From Antedon mediterranea (Eukaryota > Animalia > Echinodermata), in NCBI RefSeq assembly GCF_964355755.1, contig NC_092674.1, positions 22,568,001 to 22,632,000 of the forward strand: 64,000 nt of DNA, given 5' to 3'. This document shows, piece after piece, positions 27,001-39,099 of this stretch (within the stretch, counting starts at the first letter, position 1; each line of letters starts with the position of its first letter). The notes beneath the pieces are model-generated. The model made no database searches. It was not told where the DNA came from and saw only the letters and a program-made list of their open reading frames with translations. A program made the position numbers and the translations under genes.

Positions 27001-30000
27001 TGCATACATAGTGGTCGAGACCAACAGCTTTCAGCTCCCCCAACCAACTGAAAAAAAAGAGAAAAACAAAACAAACTGGTGAAAATAGTCTGTTCAAATT
27101 TGTATGTATCCATTTCGATGGTGGTGACATCATGTAATTCACTACAGTACCTTTATTAGCAGATGCCCTATCCCTAAACACAATGTATTATCAAACCAAA
27201 TTATTATTAAACAATGCACATTTCAGTTGAACCAAAAAAGCGACAAAGGAAAAGAAAACGGCGTCACCGAGCCAGGAAAGATGAAGAAAAGATAACTGAA
27301 AATATATCAGAAGTACCAACACCAATTATACCAATACCTGATGGTTACTTGAGGACTACAGAAGATATAGAAGTACCAGCACCAATACCTGCGCCAGATT
27401 CAGCTCAGTCAGAGAAATCTGAAGAGAAGGTTACTAGGAAAAAAAATAACAAAGAAGCCAAGATAGCTTCAGTTAGAGTTGACTTAAAGAATGAGGCTCA
27501 CTCACTTGCACAAGTATGGAATGATTTCTTCAAAGCAAGATTCACTCTAGTGACTGAACCAGAAAATATTGGGGATGATTTACCAGAAACATGTAATCGG
27601 ATTCCTATAAATACAGGTAATGAATACATTTTTTTTTCTAACTTCAGTGTACATAATTATACTAATGGACTAAAACTGTAGAAATTACAACTAGAAAGCC
27701 ATACCTCTGCCTACTGTAAACTTCTCCTACATAAAATTTCTCCGGGAAAATATATGTGTGTCTTAATGCTGTGTGTGATTTAGGCTAATTTCACTACAAG
27801 CATGTGTATGCGAATTTGGTTTAATGGTTATGTAACCAGCCTTTCAACTAACAATAGATTCTGTTGACTAACAATAGAATGCATGTGTATGCGAATTTGG
27901 TTTAATGGTTATGTAACCAGCCTTTCAACTAACAATAGATTCTGTTGACTAACAATAAAATCAGCAATGCCAAAAACAAACGGATACATTTGAAAAAAAA
28001 TAGGTTTTTTAAAACTACTCGTATCAAAAAACCTAGCAGGTCTGAAAATTGTACTAAAAAGTGATCCAGAATTGGGACCGTGGTCCGGATTGCCTCCAAA
28101 ATTTAATGGAATGGTCCTTGACCACATATCTATCTGTATATTCATTTTGGTAAGATCTTGTAATTAGTTTTTGAGTTACTGTAGTAATCCTGCTAACAAA
28201 CAAACACACGTGATCGATTACATATACCTCCTTGGCGGAGGTAAATGAAGCTAGGGCTTACCACTCTCGTTTAAAAAAAAATTAATTAAATTACAATTTT
28301 TACTGGTTCTCCCAGTACAAGTTTAATTTGGAGACCTTAGAACAATTTTTTTTACTCACAAGTATTTCGCTTAAATGAATTTATTTGTATTACTTTGATG
28401 AAAAGAGAAATAGGAAAATTGAATTATTATTATTTTATTTCAGGCTGTCAAGTTGGTGACACTGACAGTAAAGCTGCTTCTGTTAGCAATGAACTGTATT
28501 CAGAAAGCACCTCTTGCACTGATCAACCATCCAATGTAAAACAGTTAGAATCATTGACAGAGAGTACGTCACTGACACAGTCATCCTCAGTTGACGTTGT
28601 CATTGATCAAAATGTAGAACCTTCAACAACAAAAATTTGTTTTGAAGAACGATATAAAGAACTAGAAGAATCTGGAAGCAGTTGTGAAGAAGATGAGCAA
28701 CGAACAACTGAAGTAAAGAAGACAAAACCGAAAGATAATGCTGTCAAATTAACTAAGAATCAAAGACGTAAACTAAGAAAGAAAAAAAGGAAATTCTATC
28801 AAAGGAAAGAAAAAGCAGAAAGGCAAGTTTTTGATGAAGAAAAATTAAAGGAGCTAAGTCTAAAAAGGTTTGAAAAGAGTAAAGATGAAATTATTGCATT
28901 TTTCGACTCGATGTGGGACATATTTCAACAAGAAAATAAAGGTAAACATTTATCTTAAATAACCAGTTATTAAGACTTGGTTTCTTAAAAGAAAATATCA
29001 TGGTTTTTAGATAATATAAATAAACTGGTATTCACTCTCTGTTTATTTAGGTGAAATTATTATTATGTATTTAATTTACTGTTAAAAATGTGTGCAAACT
29101 GCAACCAAACAATAGAGGGCGGTATAGCAATTAAGACATTTTAATATATGTCTATGTTAAAAACCAAACCACTTAAAACCGGGTGTCACGAAACCTAAGA
29201 CCATGAAAGCTAAGACCCCGTAAGACCTAAGATCACGAAAGCTAAGACCCAAGACCTAAGATTACAAATATTTATCTTTCGCACCTGCCTTGTATTTTAA
29301 CTCCCAACATTTATTCTGAATACCACACCTTAGAATTAGCACTTTATGAAAATAATCACATAAAAAGTATAACAAATACATTTTTAAATTGATGATTTTA
29401 CAGACGTTTTTCTCGCACACATACTGTTTGCGAATTTCGCCTACATCATGTTCAATGTTTTTGTTTCTATGGAACGTCAAAAGAGCAAAAATTATATAGA
29501 GTGCTGAAAACTCTGTGGAGTCCATCTACAGTGTGGATGGGACAATGTAAAATTAAAATTGTAATAATAGTATAATCATGCTAGTACGAAGAATTAAATA
29601 CTCGCAAATAAATTTAAATTTAAAAGCATGATGATAAGTTTTTTTGTTTTGTTTTCTTTCTGTTTTTATACTTGTACTATTATTGTTGCTCTTTTGGCGC
29701 TTCATAGAAACAAAAACATTGAGCATGAGGAGTCATACAGTATACAAAGAAACACGTCTGTAAAAACATCAATTTAAAGGATTTATTTATTTGTTTTTAT
29801 GTGTTTCTCCTTCTGAAAGTACTTATATAAGTCCTAATTTTAAAGTGTGATATTCAGAATAAAGTCAGTTAACAAATTCGGAGTCAAAATACAAGAAAGG
29901 CAGGTGCGAAAGAAAAACATCCTCTGAACCAACACAATGGAGTAAATATACCAACAAACAACCAGTAAAGTTTGTTTGTTGTAAAGAAAAAATATACATT

Positions 30001-31085
30001 TACTTAACGGGCGAAAATAATGTGAGTTTATCTATGTTTTGCGGTAGTATTTAATTATATTTATGGTAATAAATGAAACCTACTATGTTTAAAATTATGT
30101 ATGGATAAACAAGTATTGTTTTTAAGCTGTAGTATATCTTAGAATTTGCAATCTTAGGTCTTGGGTCTTAGCTTTCGTGATCTTAGGTCTTAGGGGGTCT
30201 TAGCTTTCGTGGTCTTAGGTTTCGTGACACCCATTAAAACCACTATATCAAATGTATACTGTATGAATGAATGAATATAGATTATATTTCTGTTCATTTT
30301 TATTTTTATTTTTATAGATAAATTAGGTTTTGATGAGTTGGAAAGATTACGAGTAATTCTAATACAGGTCTTTGATGATATCCAACATTATCAACAAACC
30401 ACACCCACATTTGAAATGCTGGTCTCTATCAAGAAGTGGTTGTTATTGCTTGATAACCACCGAGCGAGGGCAGTGCTAGACAGTTTTCAACAGTCAGAAG
30501 CTTTACCAGGTAAAATTATTGTTGTTTTCTTCTCTTCATTTTCAGAGATATAAGCTTGGAAGTGCTCAATAGGCCTAAACAATTTTAAAAGACCTCCACT
30601 ACCTGAAATGGCGGAAAGTTGGATAGAATTGAATCCATATCTTCGATGCCAATGTGATTACTACTATTATATATACAAAAACAAGATATATGATTGCCAG
30701 TTCACTTTCTATCTCTTTTATTCACTGAATTTCCAATTTCTCTTCTCCTTACATTCCATAATAATCCTCCCTTCATGGCTTGCCATGGTATTTAAGGAAG
30801 AGTAAGATAAAGCATGTTGGATATTTAAACCTTATAATTTTTTGCCCAATTTTGAATTACGGCACTACAATAAATATAAATCTTAGCTTCCATGAAAAGG
30901 GTTGGTATAATATGAATAATAAAAATGTTACATATTATAAACTATAAAACAGAGATTTAGTGGGATATATTGCTTCTATAGTTTTATTTTGTGTTTCTTC
31001 AGATCATAAACAAGTGATTACCTCCCTAGTGGAATATTGGATAATTGACATAGCACCCTCTCTTGGTGGGCAGAGTTCTACTTGA
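24021..31085 (+). CDS. ERICH1: Glutamate-rich protein 1-like gene; exons 24021-24051, 26406-26714, 27227-27616, 28444-28941, 30318-30509, 31003-31085
   Basis: Phase-1 introns join MDCDSKRRKQTFVNYVLEKL, RIYQASLPIEG, basic tracts KRQRKRKRRHR and LTKNQRRKLRKKKRK, IIAFFDSMWDIF, IKKWLLLLD, LPDHKQVITSLVEYWIIDI. This matches my recollection of the ERICH1 N-terminal (FVEKVL..RLYTASGPPEG) and C-terminal (PDH..I..FF.YWI.HI) motifs. Confidence 0.78.
24494..25768. mobile_element. Non-autonomous TIR element with 9-bp TSD (MULE-like), carrying a nested MITE at 25210-25732
   Basis: TIR cgccgtggctaaagatacggtaccgtat / atacggtaccgtatctttagccacagcg; flanks ataataatt / ttaataatt (8 of 9). Nested TIR caggggtggattgctataa / ttatagcaatccgcctctg. 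Confidence 0.78.
27690..28244. mobile_element. Helentron-associated (HINE/DINE-like) non-autonomous element with an internal ~81-bp tandem duplication
   Basis: ACTAG start, terminal short hairpin tacctcc-ttggc-ggaggta preceded by (AAAC)n; catgtgtatgcgaatttgg..gactaacaata is duplicated at 27801 and 27882. Confidence 0.55.
29181..30232. mobile_element. MULE-like MITE with ~88-bp repetitive TIRs and an internal inverted repeat
   Basis: gggtgtcacgaaacctaagacc.. / ..ggtcttaggtttcgtgacaccc; flanks cttaaaacc / attaaaacc (8 of 9); internal arms ~29275-29485 and ~29685-29912 are inverted. Confidence 0.85.
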
Positions 31086-31494
31086 ACATTTATAGGTGAC
31101 TGACATATTGTTTTATTATTTTAAACTTTATGGTTGTTTTTAAATAATGTGCATGTTCTAGTTTAGAAGATCAATTAAACCACAGCATTTATTTTATGGT
31201 TTTAATTATAGTTTATGAGCATCATCCATCCAGCCGAAGCTGATTATTAGGGACCTTCAGAACAATACAATTAACAAATAACATTTATATATAATATAAA
31301 TGGTATTTTAAATTAAAATTTGCCCATTTGAAAGAGGTGGTATTTAAGGAATGAGTAAGATAAAGCATGTTGGATATTTAAAGGAAGAGAATTGAAGAGG
31401 GATGGAGCATTGAAGCTAAATTTCAAGGGTTGTCTGGGAATACAGAGGTCACTGTTAGTGAACTGCTGTTTATTTATGCGTAGAGCAAAATTAG

Positions 31495-32070
31495 GGGTAT
31501 TGCTAAACACCGCAAACCCCGCAAACCTCCAAAAAAACATAGCAAACCCCACCAAACCAACATAAAAGTGATTGAATCATGTAGTGTACAACCCACTGGG
31601 TATATCAATGTAAAAAAAAAAAAAAAATTTCTACTGTTAACAACTTATTTTTGGGGTAAAACATCATTTTTTGGTCAAAAATGATTGCTAAACCCTGCAA
31701 ACCTCCAAAAAACCATAGCAAACCCCACCGAACCAACATAAAAGTGATTGAATCATGTAGTGTACGACCCACTGGGTATATAAATTATTAATAAATAAGT
31801 AGTTAACAGTAGAAATTTAATTTGTTTGTTACATGGATATACCCAGTGGGTTGTACACTACATGATTCAATCACTTTTATGTTGGTTCGGTGGGGTTTGC
31901 TATGGTTTTTTGGAGGTTTGCAGGGTTTAGCAATCATTTTTGACCAAAAAATGATGTTTTACCCCAAAAATAAGTTGTTAAGAGTAGAAATTTAATTTTT
32001 TTTTTACATTGATATACCCAGTGGATGTTTTTTTGAGGTTTGCGGGGGTTTGCGGTGTTTAGCAATACCC
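31495..32070. mobile_element. Foldback (almost fully palindromic) MULE-like MITE with a perfect 9-bp TSD, inserted in a CR1/L2 tail fragment
   Basis: gggtattgctaaacaccgcaaac.. / ..gtttgcggtgtttagcaataccc; CAAAATTAG on both sides; arms contain a duplicated subunit; flank encodes FSFNAPSLFNSLP on the - strand. Confidence 0.9.
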
Positions 32071-32180
32071 CAAAATTAGTGATTCCTTTTTTACAATTTT
32101 TTATTACTGAAATATTTTTTTTCGACTTTGATTTCTAGTTATATGAGGGACAATGTGTTATTTTAAGTGGCAACTATTAA

Positions 32181-32392
32181 AGGACAACCGAGAACCATAT
32201 TTTGACAACGTAATAGGGATGTAGACCTAAATATGATTTAAGAACAATTACGACATTGAGATAAAGATACCGCCGCGCGCGCTTGCCGTACAGCCGTTGT
32301 CGTAAATTGCTGTAACGTCACGTGTGATTGTCAAAAAGTTTAGTTTGTGTATTTTAAAGAAACATATCCAGATAGGCAAAAGAAACAAATCA
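32181..32392 (+). repeat. Left arm of a diverged ~200-bp inverted repeat (Kolobok-like end, TTAA-AGGACAAC)
   Basis: Its reverse complement aligns by eye with 58733-58940. Confidence 0.8.
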
Positions 32393-32411
32393 ATTGAACA
32401 TTTATGTTTTT

Positions 32412-33360
32412 TCATCATTCATCAGCCGTTGTCAGTCCACCGCTGGACGAAAGCCTCAGCATGTTTCTGTTATAGTGAACGATCTCTAGCTGCTCCCTGT
32501 CACTGCACTGTACCCCAATACTATTTCATCTCGCCATCTTACTCTTTGTCTTCCTCTATTTCTGCTCCCGACCATGGGTCTCCATGATGTCATTAGCGAA
32601 GTCTATCTATTGTCTGTTCTCTACTGATATGTCCAGCCCACTTCCACTTACTTAATTTGATAGTTCTCATAATGTCTAGGACTTGTGTTTGTTTTCTCAC
32701 CCATTCATTTGTTTTTCTGTCTTTATATGTGATTCCGAGCATATTTCTTCCATGTTGTGCTGCTGCTATTTTCTTTTCCATTTTATTTGAAAGTGCCCAG
32801 GTCACAGCTCCATATGTCATGGTTGGTAACACGCGTTGATTAAAGACCTTTCTTTTTAGACATAACAGTGTTTCCCCTCTCATGATGTTGCTCAGTTTTC
32901 CATATTGGCACCAGCCCAATCTGATTCTCCTCTTTATCTCCTGTTCTTGATTCTTTTCTTTCAGGCTAAATCTCTGCCCCAGATAGATATATTCATTAAC
33001 TTCATCAATTGTATTGCCATTAACAGTCACAGATCCATGAGGTACCATGAAATTTGCCATAACTTTTGTTTTCTTCATATTCCGTTTCAATCCACAACAT
33101 TTGCTGGCATTTGCAAGGTCTTTAAGCATATCCTCCACTTCACTGATTTGCTCTCCTAGGACAATGTCATCTGCAAACCTCAGATGATTACATTTTTCTC
33201 TATTGATATCAACTCCTTTATCCTCCCACTCCAGTGAACCTTCCAACCAGGCTGTAAACAATTTAGGCGAAATTGTATCGCCTTGTCGGGCACCCTTCTT
33301 TATGTGGATTTTCTTACTTAGTTTGTGCATTGTAACTGTAATAGTGAAGTTAGTGTAGAT
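32412..33360 (-). mobile_element. RTE-clade LINE, 5'-truncated (RT C-terminal half and 3' tail)
   Basis: KKGARQGDTISPKLF, NHLRFADDIVL, YIYLGQ, EIKRRIRLGW, VLPTMTYGA.TW, KWKWAGHI; (TGA)n-like tail. Confidence 0.92.
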
Positions 33361-34139
33361 GTATGTTGTTTAATATTTGTTTAGAAAGTGTGTTTACTAG
33401 AAATTTTCGCGCTTTGCGAGACTTGTCTATTGACCCCGAGGTAGCTAAAAGTATGAGGTAAATCTATGATTGAATGTTATCAAAAATCATTATAATACAA
33501 TTTAGAGTAATTGTAATCTCAATTACTCTAATCGTTCTTTGTGATTCCCAGTATTCTTTTATGTGTATGATTTATCACCAGTCTTAACATGATTCTTCAT
33601 AGTAAAAGAAGAAACCTAACTACAGGTGCTCGCCTTGTCGTGGAAGTTAGGCTCAGCTTGTTACGAAGAAGCACCATGCTGATATTTACATAAAAAACAT
33701 TTTCAAAATTGTAATAATTGCTAGTGCAACATAATGGAATTGATCAAGCAACACGAGTCCGGAATTCTTAGAATGTTAACTGGCATAACATTTTACAAGA
33801 AGCATGTTTTAAAATAATAGAAATACAAATATTTGTAATTTAAAATGAAAGTGTAATCAAACATACGTCTGTGATACTCTAAATGTGTACAAAAGCTCTG
33901 GTGTTGAAAATAATAGTTGAATACAGAATCACCATCATCGTCTGTGTCGATGTCTGGAAAGCAAGCACCGCGAGAATATGACAGCGTATCAAGTTCATGC
34001 TCAAGTTGTAGCTTCTGGACGCGTTTTAGGACACAGGCATAACACATTCTCCACTTAAAGCATTCCTCGAATTGTAAAAACAAAATGTGTCATTGGAAGA
34101 GTGTATTAACGTAATTGCATGTCAATAAACAATTATGTG

Positions 34140-34425
34140 GAAACATGTGGCATAGCGGTAAGGATTTGGGTTTCCAATCAAGAGGTCGGGAGTTGGAATC
34201 CCGGCAGCGCCGCTTGTTTGTGCCCTTGGGAAAAACACTTTATCTGCAATTCTCCACATCCAGGAACAATGGGACCCAGAAGGTTAAAGTGCCAATGAGC
34301 TGACTACAGCTGCAATATGTGGAATGACTCACTGAGTATGTATTCCATGACACTTGTTCTAATGGCTGAGGTAATAATGTTAAGCGCTTAGAGGCCTTGG
34401 TAATAGGCGCTAAGTTTGACATCAT
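34140..34425 (+). mobile_element. tRNA-derived SINE (CORE-like centre, L2-like tail)
   Basis: A box tggcatagcgg, B box-like gagttggaatccc, core gtgcccttgggaaaaacacttta, tail aagcgcttagag..taggcgcta. Confidence 0.7.
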
Positions 34426-34449
34426 TATTTTATGTCGTGTGGTGTGAAT

Positions 34450-35192
34450 GTTGTAAATGTAGAATAGTGCATTTTCTTCAAACCGAAACTTGAAATGTAG
34501 CACGGTAAGATAATCATTCAGTAGACGCTTTTGCTTCTTTACTTTCTGTCTTATAGTATCTTTTTTACCAGGAATTTGTCGGCTATTGTCGTCTCGTTCT
34601 ATAAAGAGTGTAACTGCTTGGTTGCATCATTCACTCGATCATTTCTTCGAACCCGTTCATAGTTCAGACCCTTTCCAACATTTCTTTCTGACTAAGCGAT
34701 GTCCATTTATACGAAGAGATTCTGACAGTGACAGTATTTTCTCACATGGGTGCCTGCAGCAATTCTCCTAACGTTTTGCTTATCTCTACATTTAGTACGC
34801 AACTCATCAAGAACAACGTGATGCAGAACGAGTTGTGTTTTTACTTCAGCCTCAGCAACGTTTTGGTTTTTGATCGTGGTGATTCTTAGACGTTAACCCA
34901 CTGCTCTTTAATTCGATGAAACCGTTGTTCACTTCTCTACTAGCCTTTTCTGTGCATCTAATTGATTTGTAACGACTTTCATTTGTCGATAGACTTTGTT
35001 CTTTCTCTCTTCACCTTCCTTCGACCTCTTCTAGCACTCTGATCATTTAATCTTGGTGGTATCGCGTTAATTGGCACTTATGGCACTGGTAGTACATCTC
35101 GCTCATGGAAACGTGGCACTTGATTTGCAGAATCGATTCATGGGTGTTGGCGGAGGAGTATTTGGAAGTACAATTACAGAAAACATATTTGA
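34450..35192 (-). mobile_element. DNA transposase N-terminal fragment (Sola-like); paralogous piece at 42040-42285
   Basis: - strand reads FIERDDNSRQIPGKKDTIRQKVKKQKRLLNDYLTVLHFKF, the same region type as at 48.8-48.95 kb; ~250 bp is shared with 42.1 kb. Confidence 0.55.
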
Positions 35193-35194
35193 TA

Positions 35195-35905
35195 GGCTTT
35201 TGATAGGATTTTCTAGTCTTCAACAAGCATGGTTGAGAGAAGTAATTGTACCTTTAGTCCCTTAACTCCTAAAGCGCTACATGTATTTTCTGAAACAAAC
35301 GTAGTATCTGACTGGGTGTCCAGTAAAGCGCGAGTACCTCTGTGGTAGGATTATCCTGGTGTGAGATCCATACAGGGACAGTCGTGGAACTTTTCTCAGC
35401 GTCGTTAAAACCATCAGAATTGCTTATTTTTTTATTAAATAAAGCCAGTTTTCTTTGGTGCCAATTTTTCTGCAGGTTCGTCAGTTTTCTTTGGTGCGTT
35501 AATAGTCTTTTTCTACACTTCTTTGAGAGGTGCCCTCGCTGTAAGCTACCAAAGCACACCCTTTCTTCTTTATGAAGTCTTTTCATTGGGCATCGACAAG
35601 AACGTAAGACACATGTCTAACTGGTGGGCCTTTTTACATTTGATACAGCCTCTAGAGTATTCTGTCACACCTTTAGCCATAGAATTTACGACTTTAGGAA
35701 CCTTTCAACCCTTGTAGTGTCGTCACTAGGTCACACGTAATATTGGCTTCTTTCTGCATGAAGTTGTTTGCAAGTTGTTATTACCCAATATGGTAGCTTA
35801 GCTAGATTTTTACGGTTTTCTCTTTCATCGTTGAGTACGTCGGAATGGCCAATGTTCTCCATGGCTGCTACGCACTGCCTCATGAAGTCTGCTAAGTCTC
35901 CTAGA
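35195..35905 (-). mobile_element. BEL/Pao LTR retrotransposon gag-protease fragment
   Basis: CFGSLQRGHLSKKCRKRL zinc knuckle, TTVPVWISH, ALLDTQSD-like protease motif across a frameshift. Confidence 0.75.
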
Positions 35906-36149
35906 GCTGATTTAATTTCATTTCATTTATTTTGTCTCATAAAAATACAATATAAAAAAACATGGACATGAACAAGAAAACATCACACAAAACCAGGCAG
36001 AGACAGGATTCTTAAAAAGCGAACTTAATCACTATCTAGTAGGTCTCCTATTGCACTGATTGTATAAAAAACATTTAGATTAAAATTTGTATTAAACATT
36101 AAAATTGCATATAATGCTATATCAAAATAAATTAAAATATATTACAATA

Positions 36150-36360
36150 TTTCTTTGGAACTGCTCCAACATTGTATCCATGAATTGCGTGTCTGGATGA
36201 AAAACAACTTTCTTAAATTAAATGATGAAAAAACAGAATATATTCTCTTTGGATCAAAGCTGCAGTTGGAAAAACTGCCACCAAGTTTTATTTACATTGG
36301 TGAAACCCAAATAGACCCGGCTAGGCAGGTTAGAAATCTAGGGGTTGAAATGGATGCGGG
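36150..36360 (+). mobile_element. L2-clade RT fragment
   Basis: LQHCIHELRVWMKNNFLKLNDEKTEYILFG..VRNLGVEMD. Confidence 0.8.
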
Positions 36361-36369
36361 TATTTTTTT

Positions 36370-39060
36370 TTATTTTATTTATTTATAAACTTATTTTACA
36401 TGGATGACTTTTTCATTAAAAATAATGTTCTTACAAATGGTCCATGATAAAAGAAATGTATGCATAAAATGAATATTCATAAGTTACAAAACATTTTGTT
36501 TATAGAAAAACATACAAGAACAATTACATTTTAAATACAGATAGAGAACAATAGTAATAAACAGCTAAGTAAGTACATCGCAATTACACAGGTTCTCAAG
36601 TTGAGGTTTCTATTTAAATACATCATTTTTGTAGTGTTTTGTACTTATATTTAAACGCATTGTAAGAAGTTGCTTCTTGCAATGATATAGGAATGTTATT
36701 CCATACTTTACCACCAGCCACTTGAAGTGACATATTCATTTTGGTAACATTTATCTTGGGTATAACTACATTTAAGGGTTTTGCCAAACGAGTATTATAA
36801 TATAACAATGTCTATCAATGATTAATTCAACTTGATCTCCCAGACGTTGAGGGGCTAGGCCATGAATGCATTTGTACATCATACAAGATATTAAAAATTC
36901 ACGCCTCTGTTCAAAGGACAGGTCATTGATAATGTCATCCCCTCTGAAGTTTATAAAATCATAGTTTCCTGACGTGATTCTAGCAGCACGTCTTTGTTGT
37001 TTCTTTGCAATATCAATATAACAATATGAGGTATTTCCGCATACTGTAATTCCATAATCAATACAATGTTCAATAGTAGTTTTGTACAGTATTTCAATTA
37101 GTGGTTTAGATAAAAATTTACTCATTTTCCCCAACATTGTTAACTTGTAACCAACAGATTTATTTATATTAAGTACATGTTTGTTCCAGCTTAGGTTATC
37201 ATCGATTGAATATGAGATAAATGGAGCAGCTAAGCGGAGTAATTTGCTATCACATCTATGTTTTTTTCAGGCAATTTTGAGAGTTTATTTTGTACTGTTT
37301 CAACATTAACCTCATGAAACTTAAATTTATAAAGACAATCAGGATTTTTCCATTTGGGAAAACTATTTTTATCAAAAGAATCGGCCATGTTTGTTCCAAT
37401 ATTAGTAAAATATTTATTGCATTTTTCAACATTAATTTTAGTATTCAAATTCTTTTTACCCTTTCCAGTTACTCGATTTATCTACTTCCATAATTTTTTT
37501 GGATTATTTTTATAGTTAAGATGAACTGTATCGTAATATTCGCGCTTTGCATTGTTAATAGTATTTGTAACAAGATTTCGTAGTCGCTTATATTCATTTT
37601 TTAGGTCAGGATTTTAACCTGTTTAATTTTTGATTTGACATAATCTCGTTCATACATTAATTTGAGAATATCGGGGGTCATCCAGGGTGAACATCTGCGT
37701 TTAACTCTGCATTATTGTATTGGGGTATGGGTATTACAGATTTTTATAAATTCATTACGCCAACTAATCCATGCATTATTTGCATTACTACAGTCATCAA
37801 TACTATTAAGAATATTGTTATTAATTATATCATTTAAAAAACTTTGTACACTAAAACCTTTATAATTCCTTAAAGTAACATTTTTGTGGTCGTGCTTTTT
37901 TTTTTGGAGTAATCATTTATTGAAGTAAAAATTAAGTTGTGGTCACTCACAGAAATGGTTGCGGTACCACTAGCATTATGCTGGTCAGGCATGCTGTACA
38001 GTATAACGTCAATACAACTGGATGTCGTTGAGGTTATACGTGTCATTTCATGAATCAATTGCTTTAAAATAAACATATTGTCTAGCATATTGATTGGATT
38101 ATATACCAGACTATCATTATTAACATAATCAATATTTAAATCACCTAATAAAACAATTTCGGAATCCTCGAGACTTGCCCTAACGAGTGAGTTAACCATT
38201 AAGTTAAAATAATTTGCATCAGCATCTGGTGGCCTATACATACAGCTAATTAAAATATTTTTTTTTTTTTTCAATTTATTTCAATCCATACTGCTTCTAA
38301 ATTATAGATTTTTAGGTCCTGTCTTTCATTGAAAGAGAGTGAATCTTTTACATAATACAAACACCACCTCCTTTTTTTTGTATACGGCCATTTCTAATCA
38401 CGTGGTAATCGTTAATATGTACAGTATAATCATTATTAACAGACTCATTTAGACAAAAAACATCAACATTTATAACAATTAAACGAATTTCATCTAGTTT
38501 ATTATTTATACTACGACAGTTTAAGTGGCCAATTTTGAGCCTGTGGTGTTTCTGTAATTGATTAGTTATGCCAGTGAGACCTATTACTGCTACAGTTTCG
38601 TGAGATGTGGCCCCATCTTCCGCATTTGTAACACTGTTTTTAACTTTGAAATTGTTGATTTTGGTAGTTTCTATTTAGTCCTCGGCCATGATTGATTGTA
38701 ACAAAGTTTGTAAGCTCTAGGTTTGTTATTACTCTTTTCTTACCTAATGTAGACGATAGTAGGCTTTTGTCAATGCTATTGTCACGGTATTTAAAATTAC
38801 GATCATTACTTACGAATATTGCACCATTTTCCTCAGTGACATTCTGTAGAATTGCATTTAGAGAGTCCAGTTTCATCTAATCATGTTTACGATCTATTCT
38901 CGGCGGGATGCTGGCTACTTTGACTGATTCTGCTTTGTTTTTAGCTATTTCAATTACGCTAGAAATGTATTCCGTTATCTTCTCTAAAGACTTTTCAGAC
39001 GACACGTCATTTGTACCGCATACTTTTGAAATGTTGTCATTTTGTTGTTCGTTTTAGGGT
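36370..39060 (-). mobile_element. CR1/L2-group LINE: ORF1 remnant, APE endonuclease and C-terminus, with the RT core deleted
   Basis: CMYRPP, LLGDLNID, TRIT..SSCIDVI, SDHNLI (APE); NKYFTNIG; jump near 37210 to DNLSWNKH..LYKTTIEHCIDYG..WNNIP; AT-rich tail. Confidence 0.88.
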
Positions 39061-39099
39061 GAGAGGGTGTACAAATATGAGATGATCACCGTGACTAGA

